Below, piece by piece: positions 19,495 to 27,766 of a stretch of 41,160 nt of DNA. This DNA comes from a virus (Duplodnaviria > Caudoviricetes). The position numbers and the translations under genes are program-made. Below the pieces are notes generated by a model. It did not search any database. It was not told the origin of the DNA and saw only the letters and a program-made list of their open reading frames with translations. How positions within the stretch are numbered: position 1 is the first letter of the stretch; each line of letters begins with the position of its first letter. The DNA lies in the IMG/VR virus record IMGVR_UViG_3300017910_000891, positions 1 through 41,160 of that record; one strand, 5' to 3'.

Positions 19495-21469
19495 CGTCGC
19501 GCTTGAGCTGCACGAAGAAGGGCTACAAGTCCTTGCGCTCAAGAAGGGCGAGAAAATTCCAGCCCATCAATGGAAAGTCTGGCACGACGTTCGCCAAACG
19601 GAGGACGATCTGCTTGATATTGCAGACTATTTTCAAAGTCCCGAGCCACCCGAGTGGCTGCGAGAAGAAGGCGGCGTCCACACTGGGCGCCCGTGGCTAA
19701 GCAACAGTTACAAAGCAAGGCGTCGTTGGCCCACGCCTGTCCAGCTGGACATCGGCGTCATCACAGGCAGCCTGTCTGGCATCGTCGTGGTGGACTGCGA
19801 CACCGCAGAGGCGCGTGACTACGCCGCCAGCATCGGCCTTACCGATACACCCATGGTCGTCCAGACCTCCAAGGGTTGGCACTATTGGTTCAGCCACACG
19901 GGCGAAGCAGTCCGCAACGCTGCCAGCAAAGGGATCGCTGGACTGGACCTCAGAGGGGACGGTGGGCAGGTGCGCGTACCGCCGAGCACAGGGTTGAAAT
20001 GGTTAAGCCGCAGCTCTATCGACGAGCTACCGCCCTTTCCGGGGCTGACTGTTCCCACGACTAGCGACGACGGGCCAAAGTTCAGTGACCTTGACCTGAC
20101 TGAATACGCGGTCAAAGGCCAGACAGCCGAGGAGTGGCTGATGGCCAAATGCCAAGGCCAGCAAGTCACTAAGGGCGAACGCAACGAGACAATGAAGTTT
20201 GTCGTCGGCCAGCTGATCCACCAGCGCCGGGACAAAGAGTGGGTGCTCGACGAAGCCAAGCGGCTGGGCGCCATATACTGGGATCACGAAAAGTACGCTG
20301 GCACTCAGACAGAAATCATCGTCGACAGCCTGTGGCGTGCGGATCTGGAGAACCACCCGGACTTGCACGGTGAGCAGGAGGAGGAAGAAGAACCGCCCAA
20401 GCCAATCGTCGGCTATCTGTCGGACGCAACGTCTGAAAAGTTCCTCGACGCCCTGCCCCCTCGCAAGCCAGCCTTTGTGGAGACAATACTTGAACCCGGC
20501 AAGGCCACGATGGTGGCCGGGTACTCAGGCAGCGGCAAGTCGGAACTGCTGATGATGCTGCTCAAGGCAGCGTGCGACCCGACCAAGCTCGGGAGTTTTG
20601 TTGGCCCATGGCAAATCCAAAGTACGCCACGCGCCTTGGTGCTTGACCCTGAGAACAACCCGCACCTGATCGCTGATCGGCTGCGCCGGTTCTCGCTGAT
20701 CGGCAACAGCGGAGACAACTTGCGCGTCGTGCCGGGCAGCGTACCCGGACCCGAAGGTATGATGGACACGGCCTTGAACCTTACGACCAAGTCTGGCATC
20801 GGCCAACTCAGTGGACTTTTGAAGATACACTCGCCCGACATCGTCGTGTTCGACACTGTTCGTTCGCACTTTCCCGGCCTCAAAGAGAACGAGGCCAGTG
20901 AGTGGACGGACTACAACGTACTGACCCAGAAGCTCACACGCGCTGGGCTGTGCGTCGTGTGGCTGCATCACAGCAACAAGCCCGGTGCAGACGGTCATGC
21001 GACTGAGGCTGGGTCCAGCCACGCACTGACCAACATATCGACGCAGATTTTCGTCAAGCCCGTCTATCAGGACGAGGCCATGGCCCAACGCAAGCACGGC
21101 ATCTGGGACCACGACGAAAAAGTACAGCAGAACGTAAAAGGCGTAGCCTGCACGCCGTATCAGGCGATTGGCCTGACGCACAACATCGCAACGCCGCTCG
21201 ACCGGGTGACGCAGATTTCTTACGGGAAGGTACGGGAGGCCAATCCAATCACGGAGCGCAGCTACTACCTTGGCCAAGCGCTAGGTGAACGAGAATGGCG
21301 GCCAACGCTTCACAGCACGATGAGCGCCAAGCAGGCGGCCTTCCAGTTGGCCACTGATCCACGGTTCACGAGCCAGCCAGACCCGCTGCTTGCCATCAGC
21401 AAGCGTCTTCGGGTTCCTGTGCCTCTACTTGCCGAGTGGGGTCTAGTCGTCGGGGGCCAAGATACGTGA
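19478..21469 (+). CDS. Bifunctional primase-polymerase fused to AAA_25/RepA-type helicase
   Basis: Start re-called at ATG 19478 (SD GAGGAGG). Prim-pol motifs VVVDCD, KGWHYWF, LDLRGDGGQV-PPS; GERNETM; Walker A GYSGSGKS, VVFD, LHHSNK. Confidence 0.9.
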   Translation: MDNWIDVALELHEEGLQVLALKKGEKIPAHQWKVWHDVRQTEDDLLDIADYFQSPEPPEWLREEGGVHTGRPWLSNSYKARRRWPTPVQLDIGVITGSLSGIVVVDCDTAEARDYAASIGLTDTPMVVQTSKGWHYWFSHTGEAVRNAASKGIAGLDLRGDGGQVRVPPSTGLKWLSRSSIDELPPFPGLTVPTTSDDGPKFSDLDLTEYAVKGQTAEEWLMAKCQGQQVTKGERNETMKFVVGQLIHQRRDKEWVLDEAKRLGAIYWDHEKYAGTQTEIIVDSLWRADLENHPDLHGEQEEEEEPPKPIVGYLSDATSEKFLDALPPRKPAFVETILEPGKATMVAGYSGSGKSELLMMLLKAACDPTKLGSFVGPWQIQSTPRALVLDPENNPHLIADRLRRFSLIGNSGDNLRVVPGSVPGPEGMMDTALNLTTKSGIGQLSGLLKIHSPDIVVFDTVRSHFPGLKENEASEWTDYNVLTQKLTRAGLCVVWLHHSNKPGADGHATEAGSSHALTNISTQIFVKPVYQDEAMAQRKHGIWDHDEKVQQNVKGVACTPYQAIGLTHNIATPLDRVTQISYGKVREANPITERSYYLGQALGEREWRPTLHSTMSAKQAAFQLATDPRFTSQPDPLLAISKRLRVPVPLLAEWGLVVGGQDT

Positions 21470-21617
21470 CCTTCGCTGGCCCCATCAGCTCCCTGATCTG
21501 ATCGACGTAAGCAGCCAGCTGCGGCTCCGCCGCACGGTTGCGCTCACGCACAGATGCGTCGGAAATTGTCTCAAATTTTTTACGGAAATTTTGATGCACG
21601 ATCCAGCAAAGACCCAA
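21396..21617 (-). CDS. Small hypothetical protein (start uncertain, possibly GTG 21551)
   Basis: RERNRAAEPQLAAYVDQIRELMG looks like a real helical phage peptide, but the ORF overlaps the helicase 3' end and has no clear SD. Confidence 0.3.
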   Translation of the reverse strand: MGLCWIVHQNFRKKFETISDASVRERNRAAEPQLAAYVDQIRELMGPAKVTYLGPRRLDPTRQVEAQEPEDAC

Positions 21618-21993
21618 GAGGCACGTAGATACGAAGGAGAACTAAAGCCACTTTTTTTGCGGACCCCAAGGGGAGCAAAAAACTTGTACGACCAAACGAA
21701 CTGGTTGTCTGAAAACCACATAACTATAGGGACACACCTCGAAAACGGTGTCAATACTTTACTGTTTTTCAGCACTTGTTAGCACCAGCGTGTGCTGGAC
21801 AAGCCACGAATTTACCCGTCACAGGTAGCAGAAAGTTACCCGGCACTCCCTCAAAGGGCGAGCCAGGAATTGCTGCTTTTTTTCGAGCCGTTACGCAAAC
21901 GCTCCCCCGGAGCCTTTGCTTAGACCGTGCGTTTGTACGCGCTCCCCTCCCTTTGGGGGTCGGTCCGCGATCCGGTGTCCACAGGGTTTTTGC

Positions 21994-22029
21994 TTGCGCA
22001 TGTTAAAAGGTGTAAATAAACTGTACACC
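21994..22029 (+). promoter_or_regulatory. Sigma70-like promoter overlapped by 21-bp operator
   Basis: TTGCGC (21994)-N17-TAAACT (22017); operator GGTGTAAATAAACTGTACACC at 22009-22029. Confidence 0.65.
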
Positions 22030-22048
22030 AGCAAGAGGAAGTCGGCCT

Positions 22049-22324
22049 TTGCCAAAGCGCATACTTTCCCCGGATGAAAAGGACTGGCTACGTGCCCACG
22101 TCGCAGACCCACTACCAGAGCAAGCCCAACGTCTTGGCGTCTGCACGGACACGGTCAAGCGAATGCACGTCGAGCTTGGCCTCCGGCAATATCCCGGCGC
22201 TAAGTTTCAGCCACGCAAGCCCGCGACATGGCGCCGGCCCTGTATTCGTTGCGGCTGCACAAAGCGCCGCCCACGCAATCAGTACCTCTGCAAACGGTGC
22301 AGGAAGGAACTAGACATTGGTTAA
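22049..22324 (+). CDS. HTH + Zn-ribbon protein (candidate transcription activator)
   Basis: TTG start with SD GAGGA. LSPDEKDWLR...QAQRLGVCTDTVKR HTH followed by CIRC...CKRC. Confidence 0.7.
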   Translation: MPKRILSPDEKDWLRAHVADPLPEQAQRLGVCTDTVKRMHVELGLRQYPGAKFQPRKPATWRRPCIRCGCTKRRPRNQYLCKRCRKELDIG

Positions 22325-22697
22325 GGGACGCGGCGCAAAACAAAAAGGCGATGCCTACGAGCGCGAACTGGCCGCCTACTTCAATACTGTCTGCGGTCTC
22401 GACTGCCACCGCACGCCCCTGTCAGGCGGCGGTCGTGGCGAAGCCCTCCCCGACATCACCGGGACGCCCGGTCTCGCCATCGAAGCCAAACGCCACGAAC
22501 GCATATCCATTGAGGCGTGGATGCAGCAAGCCCGCAAGAACTGCGGCCTTGAACGACCCGTGGTCATCAACCGCAAGTCCCGCCAGCCCACACACGACAG
22601 TTACGTCGTCCTCTACCTACAAGATTTCGCCGACCTCTACAGCGGTTGGCTCGCACACAACGGCTACATCACAGGAGGAAACGATGAAGCTGACTGA
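22317..22697 (+). CDS. Hjc-like Holliday junction resolvase
   Basis: KQKGDAYERELA...LPDI...AIEAKR, a PD-(D/E)XK pattern. Confidence 0.85.
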   Translation: MVKGRGAKQKGDAYERELAAYFNTVCGLDCHRTPLSGGGRGEALPDITGTPGLAIEAKRHERISIEAWMQQARKNCGLERPVVINRKSRQPTHDSYVVLYLQDFADLYSGWLAHNGYITGGNDEAD

Positions 22698-23316
22698 CCG
22701 ACTTCTGACAGAACTCGAACGCACACTTGATGAGATCCCAGATCCAACTGCCGTCGTCACGTTTGTCATATCCGAGACAGAAGACGAGGAGGAGCAGCAG
22801 ATCAAAGTCATCGCCAGCCTTCCCACCGGCCACGCCGAGGAAGTCCGCCAGCTTATCAGCGAGGCCATGGACCGTGTCGTCGAGACCAAGCAGCCGCCCA
22901 GCGAGATACCCTTCGCGGACAAGGTGGCTCTCAGCATGTGCGAGACATTTTCAGACGCCCTCGAAGAAAAGCAGCAAGCCCTCTGGGACTTCAACGATGA
23001 CGCCCTCGACCTGTGTGACGCTCTCGTCTCCGCCAACCTGTGCCGAGACGCCCTTCACGATTGGTATTGGCCCTTCCGTTCGTGGATGGAAGACAAGCCA
23101 TACGACATTACCCCCGCCCTCAAGGCCTTCGTACAGCGTGGCCCCGAAGGCAATGCCCAAGAGATAGCCGCGCTGTGGACGGTGTGTGTGTGCCACCTCA
23201 TCCCTGTGGATCACAACGATCCACCAGAAACTGTCTCAGAGACCGTAGACGACGCCGCCACCCATTACGTGGCCAGCTTCCTTGAAACGATTGCGAGACA
23301 AACGGAGAGCCACTGA
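22684..23316 (+). CDS. Hypothetical protein (acidic)
   Basis: Start re-called at ATG 22684 (SD AGGAGG); 210 aa; coupled to neighbouring genes. Confidence 0.7.
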   Translation: MKLTDRLLTELERTLDEIPDPTAVVTFVISETEDEEEQQIKVIASLPTGHAEEVRQLISEAMDRVVETKQPPSEIPFADKVALSMCETFSDALEEKQQALWDFNDDALDLCDALVSANLCRDALHDWYWPFRSWMEDKPYDITPALKAFVQRGPEGNAQEIAALWTVCVCHLIPVDHNDPPETVSETVDDAATHYVASFLETIARQTESH

Positions 23317-23699
23317 TGCGCAACTTCCAACTCGCCCTCGTCACCGCCATACTTTTGGCCGCCGGTCTGTTTTACAGCCAGCACGCCCGATCCATGAACA
23401 TCGTCACGCCACGAGACGCCTTCCTGCACCAGCTGTCCGCAGCTCGTGGCGATCCGCTGCACCCGTTTTGGTTCTACGTCGCTGGCATCGTCTCGGGCAC
23501 AAACGCTGCCAGCATCTTCATCACAGGAAGCGCCGCCATCTGCGACGCCCACCCTTTCGAGCAGCACGACAAGACCGAGGAAGTGCTCATGCGCTGGCTT
23601 CTCGCCAACGATCTGATGGACAACCCGGACATCGTCTTAGAGATAGCCGTCCCGCTCGCGTTCAAAGAAGCGTACCCGTGCCCCAGCATTAAGGCGTAG
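23316..23699 (+). CDS. Secreted Rap1a/Tai-like immunity protein
   Basis: Signal peptide, then YVAGIVSG...IC...VLMRWLLAN...AFKEAYPC, matching the two-Cys Rap1a pattern. Confidence 0.6.
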   Translation: MRNFQLALVTAILLAAGLFYSQHARSMNIVTPRDAFLHQLSAARGDPLHPFWFYVAGIVSGTNAASIFITGSAAICDAHPFEQHDKTEEVLMRWLLANDLMDNPDIVLEIAVPLAFKEAYPCPSIKA

Positions 23700-23766
23700 C
23701 GCTGCCGTCCTCCAATAGCGCTATGCCCAGCCCCCGACCGACATCTCCTCCCTGTCAGTCGGGGGC
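23693..23766 (+). ncRNA. Two-hairpin RNA with anti-SD (CCUCC) loops, cuckoo/CcsR-like
   Basis: Stem 1 (23693-23727) has loop CCGUCCUCCAA; stem 2 (23730-23766) has loop UCUCCUCCC. Confidence 0.45.
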
Positions 23767-23852
23767 GCACCAAACAACAGTACCCGGCGGATCAACGTAA
23801 CATCGGTTGGTAGCGTCTGTTCCTCATAGCAAGCCGGGTACTGTTGGCCCCC

Positions 23853-23888
23853 AACCCGGACGACAGGCTGCCGGCGCCCCAATATTAT
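23853..23888 (+). promoter_or_regulatory. Putative phage late promoter (GGACGAC-N18-TATTAT)
   Basis: AACCCGGACGACAGG matches the other two copies at 12/15 positions, with the same spacing. Confidence 0.55.
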
Positions 23889-23919
23889 GCGCCCAACTCC
23901 AGCTACTCCGAGACGCCCA

Positions 23920-24843
23920 ATGGTAGACGTTCCGATCCCGAAGGCCCGCATTGGCCAGCTCTTTGCCAGCCCCAGCGACGACGGGCGCATGTTCCCGATC
24001 ACGTACAGCGAAGCCAAGAAAGAAAACACCCTTGGCCTCACGTTTGCAGGCAACAGCAAAGCTGCGCCAGCCAGCGTCCGCTTTTACAATCCGGGTGCAG
24101 TTGGCGCCCGTACCGACAAGGGGCACAATCTACTCGGCGCCGTCGAGACGTCCGACCTCCCCGGCTCAGACGGCAACGCACTGTCCACCGCAGCCTTCGA
24201 GACACCCGAGGACGGCATCGCCTACTACGGCTACTTCATTCAAGCCCGCGTCGGCGACAAGCCAACCATCGACAAGATTATGACGGCTTACGCCACCGGG
24301 CACCCAGAAAGCTACAAGAAGTACATCAAGGGCAAGACGGGTCTCGACGCAGACAAGGAACTCGACGACGATCAGCTCGCTTCCGTCGCCCGTGCCATGT
24401 TTGAGTGGGAGAGCGGCGGCGCCGCTGACCCCTACAGCCTCAACGCACAAGCCAACAGGCGCATGATGGAAGGCATCGACGACAAGGACATCAAGGCCCA
24501 GATCAAACGTGGCCGTGAAGCCTTCAAGACGCAGGAAGATCCGGGCGTCCCGGCGTCAGATCCAATCGCCGACATCATCGCTGCCAATGAGGACGTCGTC
24601 GTCCCGGCCAGCCTCAACGAAAACACGTCGTCCAACGACAGCATCGGCGCCTTCATGACCCAGTACGCCGAGACGAACCCACGCGAAATCTCGTTTGGGG
24701 AGCAGTTAAGTCGGGACATCACCAAGACCATCGGCATGACGCTCGACATCGACACGTCACCCGCCACGATGGCCCAGCGCATCGCCAAAGAAAAAGGGCG
24801 CTTGCTCGCTGAGCCGACGCCCTTGTACAAGGTTCGATATTAG
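23920..24843 (+). CDS. Lysozyme-like peptidoglycan hydrolase (endolysin or virion-associated)
   Basis: RFYNPGAV...FETPEDG...TIDKIMTAYA...YKKYI...AMFEWESGG resembles the RNNNPGNI phage lysozyme-like family. Start re-called at ATG 23920, downstream of the predicted promoter (alternative 23887). Confidence 0.6.
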   Translation: MVDVPIPKARIGQLFASPSDDGRMFPITYSEAKKENTLGLTFAGNSKAAPASVRFYNPGAVGARTDKGHNLLGAVETSDLPGSDGNALSTAAFETPEDGIAYYGYFIQARVGDKPTIDKIMTAYATGHPESYKKYIKGKTGLDADKELDDDQLASVARAMFEWESGGAADPYSLNAQANRRMMEGIDDKDIKAQIKRGREAFKTQEDPGVPASDPIADIIAANEDVVVPASLNENTSSNDSIGAFMTQYAETNPREISFGEQLSRDITKTIGMTLDIDTSPATMAQRIAKEKGRLLAEPTPLYKVRY

Positions 24844-24849
24844 TTAAAC

Positions 24850-25071
24850 CTAATTAGCCCGCCGCAAGCGGCTCACCAAAAACTTGGCCGCCTCACCTTC
24901 GGGCGTAGCTTGCGCGATCACGTCCACCGCAGCTTCCAGCGCGTCGTCCCGCACTGGACCGTCCAAGCCATCGAGTGCGTCATATAGCAGCGCAATGGCG
25001 GAACAAGCTGTGAACATGGCGGGGGAAATACCAAAAACCGTTGCATCTTCTGCAACATTGTTCTTAATCAA
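24850..25071 (-). CDS. Hypothetical protein
   Basis: 73 aa, TTG start with SD GAGGA. Its 5' end overlaps the putative promoter of the candidate sRNA on the opposite strand. Confidence 0.45.
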   Translation of the reverse strand: MIKNNVAEDATVFGISPAMFTACSAIALLYDALDGLDGPVRDDALEAAVDVIAQATPEGEAAKFLVSRLRRAN

Positions 25072-25073
25072 TC

Positions 25074-25152
25074 TGTCGTCCTCACTCGAAGACGGGCGAT
25101 GGCGTGCTCCTGCACGTCGGGGCGGTTTTGCTGTGGTTGGTTGAGCCGCCCC
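25074..25152 (+). ncRNA. Candidate antisense sRNA complementary to the early-gene leader motif
   Basis: Three consecutive hairpins whose G-U pairs form only on the + strand. Loops UCCU and UGCUGUGGUUGGUU. Upstream TTGCAT (25041)-N16/17-CTTAAT(C). Confidence 0.55.
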
Positions 25153-25262
25153 TCACACCCGCAATTTATTGGCTCGTTATTTGAACCCTATGCGCTGACA
25201 TTTTACAACCCCCGTTTTTTACTCCATCCCGACTACACTGTTGGGGACAACTACACAGGAAA

Positions 25263-25393
25263 CTCCACAAAGTTCACGGAAAAATAGGGGTGCAATCATT
25301 TCCATCATGGTCCATCGAGGCCTAGAAAACCGTTACAGTTCAGCAGCTTAGGAAGTCGCCCCCAAGGTTTTCGCTCCACATACTTGACGGAAA
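25263..25393. other. Putative attP region
   Basis: AT-richer intergenic DNA upstream of int. Direct repeats CTCCACAAAGTTCACGGAAA (25263-25282) and CTCCACATACTTGACGGAAA (25374-25393), 17/20 identical. IHF-like TTCAGCAGCTTA between them. Confidence 0.55.
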
Positions 25394-25429
25394 CAACTCC
25401 ACCAGCTAGGTGTAAAAAATGTTGAGCGA
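25384..25429 (+). promoter_or_regulatory. Putative integrase promoter with operator-like site
   Basis: TTGACG (25384)-N17-TAGGTG; GGTGTAAAAAATGTTGAGCGA (25409-25429) contains a perfect operator half-site. Confidence 0.5.
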
Positions 25430-25473
25430 GTTAAACTTTTTCAGCATTCCGACACTTAACCGGAGGAAAACAC

Positions 25474-26571
25474 ATGCCAGCCAACCACCTAGAGCATGTC
25501 TACAAGTCCAAGACCGGCACCTACACAGCCCGTCTGCGCGTCCCAGCTGACGTCCAACCCATCATCAAGAAGACCGAGCTGCACCAATCACTGCGCACCA
25601 AGAGCAAGGCGGAGGCAGCAGCCCTCGCCCCCGCAGTCGTGCGCCAGCTACAGAATGAGATTGAGGTGGCCCGTGGCATCCCCAGCGCGACACCGGAAGG
25701 CACGCCCCTTTTGGATGCGGCTGAGTTTTTGCCCAACCCCCACTATCGCCTCGTCCTGCAAGACCTGTCCAACCACTCTGGCTGCGACCAAATCGAACAG
25801 CTCACCTTCGATGCGTGGCAGCGTTGGTGCTATCACCGTGAGGATTTGGTCCCCAAGAGGTCGACCTACACCATCCGCAACGAGACGACGCTAGTCCGAT
25901 CCGCGATCCTCAAGACCATGGCCGCCAAGCGCCGGCCCTACGACCCGGCCATACTCACCACACCCAAGTGGCGGCCACCAACCCGAGACGAGCGGCGTGC
26001 TCGCCGGCAAGCCAACAGCCCGTACACGCTCGAACGATGGCAACATCTCTACGACCGTATGGACCGCAACACCGACATGCAACGGGCCTGTTGCGCCATC
26101 TTTGCGCTTGGCCTGTTCACGGGCGCACGCATCTCGGAAATCTCCAACATGCAAGCAGACCATCTGACAGACGACCTGTGGACCATTCCTCGCAGCAAAA
26201 ATCTGTCGGGCGAGCGCGTCGTCCCCCTGATACCCTTGGCCCAGCACGTCATCAGTCAGCAGCGTCCCGGCCCGGACGGGTTTGTGTTTCCACGAATAAA
26301 CTTGGACTGGAAAATACAGGCGGCCCGGTTCAGCGCACGCGTCAACTTCTATCTGACACGAGCCGGAGCTACGCCATTCGAGACGATGCACTCAACGCGC
26401 TCGACATTTCGGACACTACTACCTCGCTACGCGCAGTCGCCAGAAGGTACAGTCGATATGATTGTGGGGCACTCGCCCAGCGGCCACGTCAGCTCGGCCT
26501 ACTACCGGGCCAGCCTTGAAGACTGTATCCAGCTCATGAGCCATTACCGCCCGGAAGTGCGTGTTGATTAA
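25474..26571 (+). CDS. int: Tyrosine integrase
   Basis: N-terminal YTARLRVPADVQPIIKKTELHQSLRTK (DUF6538-like). Catalytic R (GARISE), HSTR, VGH and Y. SD GGAGG. Confidence 0.92.
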   Translation: MPANHLEHVYKSKTGTYTARLRVPADVQPIIKKTELHQSLRTKSKAEAAALAPAVVRQLQNEIEVARGIPSATPEGTPLLDAAEFLPNPHYRLVLQDLSNHSGCDQIEQLTFDAWQRWCYHREDLVPKRSTYTIRNETTLVRSAILKTMAAKRRPYDPAILTTPKWRPPTRDERRARRQANSPYTLERWQHLYDRMDRNTDMQRACCAIFALGLFTGARISEISNMQADHLTDDLWTIPRSKNLSGERVVPLIPLAQHVISQQRPGPDGFVFPRINLDWKIQAARFSARVNFYLTRAGATPFETMHSTRSTFRTLLPRYAQSPEGTVDMIVGHSPSGHVSSAYYRASLEDCIQLMSHYRPEVRVD

Positions 26572-26887
26572 CGACGCGCCCACGCTTCTTGGCCCACGCC
26601 ACAACTTCGTCGGGGACAAACAGGTGTTTGCCCCTGACCTTGCGGCTTGGCAGCCCCTGCTCGGAACGCATCCGCGCAACCGTCCGAATGTTCTGCACGC
26701 CCAGCACGGCGCACACGTCCCGAGACGACAGCAAGCTGGCCTCCGCCTCGACCAGCGGCTCCGGCGGCCTTAGCTCCTCCGCCAGCTCCAGCGTTCCACC
26801 CGACATCAAGTACGCGTACTTCATGTCCGCCAGCTCCACAGCCTTCCTTCGCTCGTCCGCAGTCATGTGTTCCCAGAGCACGCTCAT
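26534..26887 (-). CDS. Excisionase-like winged-HTH protein
   Basis: LLSSRDVCAVLGVQNIRTVARMRSEQGLPSRKVRGKHLFVPDEVVAW; convergent on int with overlapping 3' ends. Confidence 0.75.
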   Translation of the reverse strand: MSVLWEHMTADERRKAVELADMKYAYLMSGGTLELAEELRPPEPLVEAEASLLSSRDVCAVLGVQNIRTVARMRSEQGLPSRKVRGKHLFVPDEVVAWAKKRGRVVNQHALPGGNGS

Positions 26888-27153
26888 CCCAGCGCCCCCC
26901 TCACAACCTCCGCCTTAACGCCCAGCGCCTGTGCCAGCTCAGCCAGCTCGCTTTCACTCGCCGATCTCAGCCCGTCCGCCATACGGCGCTTTAGCTCGTC
27001 GGCACGCCTGTCTCGGCCCATCTCCACGTACAAGCCACGCCCGTCCAGCAGCGCAGACACACGCTCCAACGTCACCCGAACCATTGGCCCCAGTGCCTCA
27101 TCGCTCTCCAGCAGATCACGCAGCATGTTCGCTGCGACAAGATTAGTTTGCAT
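26884..27153 (-). CDS. Hypothetical protein
   Basis: 89 aa from ATG 27153; ATGA-coupled to the xis-like gene. Confidence 0.6.
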   Translation of the reverse strand: MQTNLVAANMLRDLLESDEALGPMVRVTLERVSALLDGRGLYVEMGRDRRADELKRRMADGLRSASESELAELAQALGVKAEVVRGALG

Positions 27154-27184
27154 AGCAAAACACCCCTGCAAGTTGTCTTGCAAG

Positions 27185-27211
27185 GGTGTCAAAAAAGTTT
27201 ACACCTGTCAA
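27185..27211 (-). promoter_or_regulatory. Promoter with operator filling the -35/-10 spacer
   Basis: Minus-strand TTGACA (27206-27211) directly abuts GGTGTCAAAAAAGTTTACACC (27185-27205), the best copy of the motif. Confidence 0.7.
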
Positions 27212-27216
27212 GCCGA

Positions 27217-27672
27217 CTACTCGGTCACGAGCAGCCCCGGCTTCACTGGTGCAATCAACGGCCTTAGTTCATCTTCGACAGCGGGATCCGTCTCGATCAT
27301 ATAGGTCCGTCCGAAGCCGCCCGTAGCGGCCTTGTATTCAGTGTCGGAGCCTTGGGCCAGAAACTTCTGACCCATGACGCGCAGTTCGCCACGCTTGGTG
27401 ACGCCCATCTTCTTACCGACCTGTCGCAAATGGGTTTTAACGGTCTCCGCAGAGATACCACCCATGATCGTCGCTGTGATGTCAGCATCCAAGCCGTACA
27501 CCAAGCTCTGCAACGCCGCATGTTGTCTTGCGGTAAGGGCAGTCAACTCAGGCACTTCTGCCCCAGCTAGACCACCCCTTCCTTTGGCTTCCATACGCAT
27601 CACGATTTGCGTAAGTCCTTCGACAGCTAAGCGGAGAGATTGCAGCTCACGGACAACGTCCTCGCTATCCAT
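27217..27672 (-). CDS. LuxR/GerE-type HTH regulator
   Basis: LTARQHAALQSLVYG...ISAETVKTHLRQVGKKMGVTKRGEL. Start re-called at ATG 27672 (SD GGAGG). Short N-terminal coiled coil; no autoinducer or receiver domain. Confidence 0.8.
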   Translation of the reverse strand: MDSEDVVRELQSLRLAVEGLTQIVMRMEAKGRGGLAGAEVPELTALTARQHAALQSLVYGLDADITATIMGGISAETVKTHLRQVGKKMGVTKRGELRVMGQKFLAQGSDTEYKAATGGFGRTYMIETDPAVEDELRPLIAPVKPGLLVTE

Positions 27673-27718
27673 GCTCACCTCCAGTTCACGCGCCTTTTTA
27701 AGTAAGCGCTCAAACAAA

Positions 27719-27745
27719 CCTGTCAAAAAACTTTACAACCGTCAA
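27719..27745 (-). promoter_or_regulatory. Promoter with operator filling the spacer
   Basis: Minus-strand TTGACG (27740-27745) abuts CCTGTCAAAAAACTTTACAAC (27719-27739); same layout as the 27185 site. Confidence 0.65.
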
Positions 27746-27766
27746 TGCGGATTTTGCTAATTATTA

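Noticed and set aside
25119-25152. GC hairpin as an intrinsic terminator
   Set aside because: No U-tract follows on either strand, and the loop is 14 nt.
25294-25320. att core matching the dusA 5' end or guaA 3' end
   Set aside because: The minus strand CCATGATGGAAATGATT only loosely resembles either target and the reading frames do not fit. A BLASTn against host genomes is needed.
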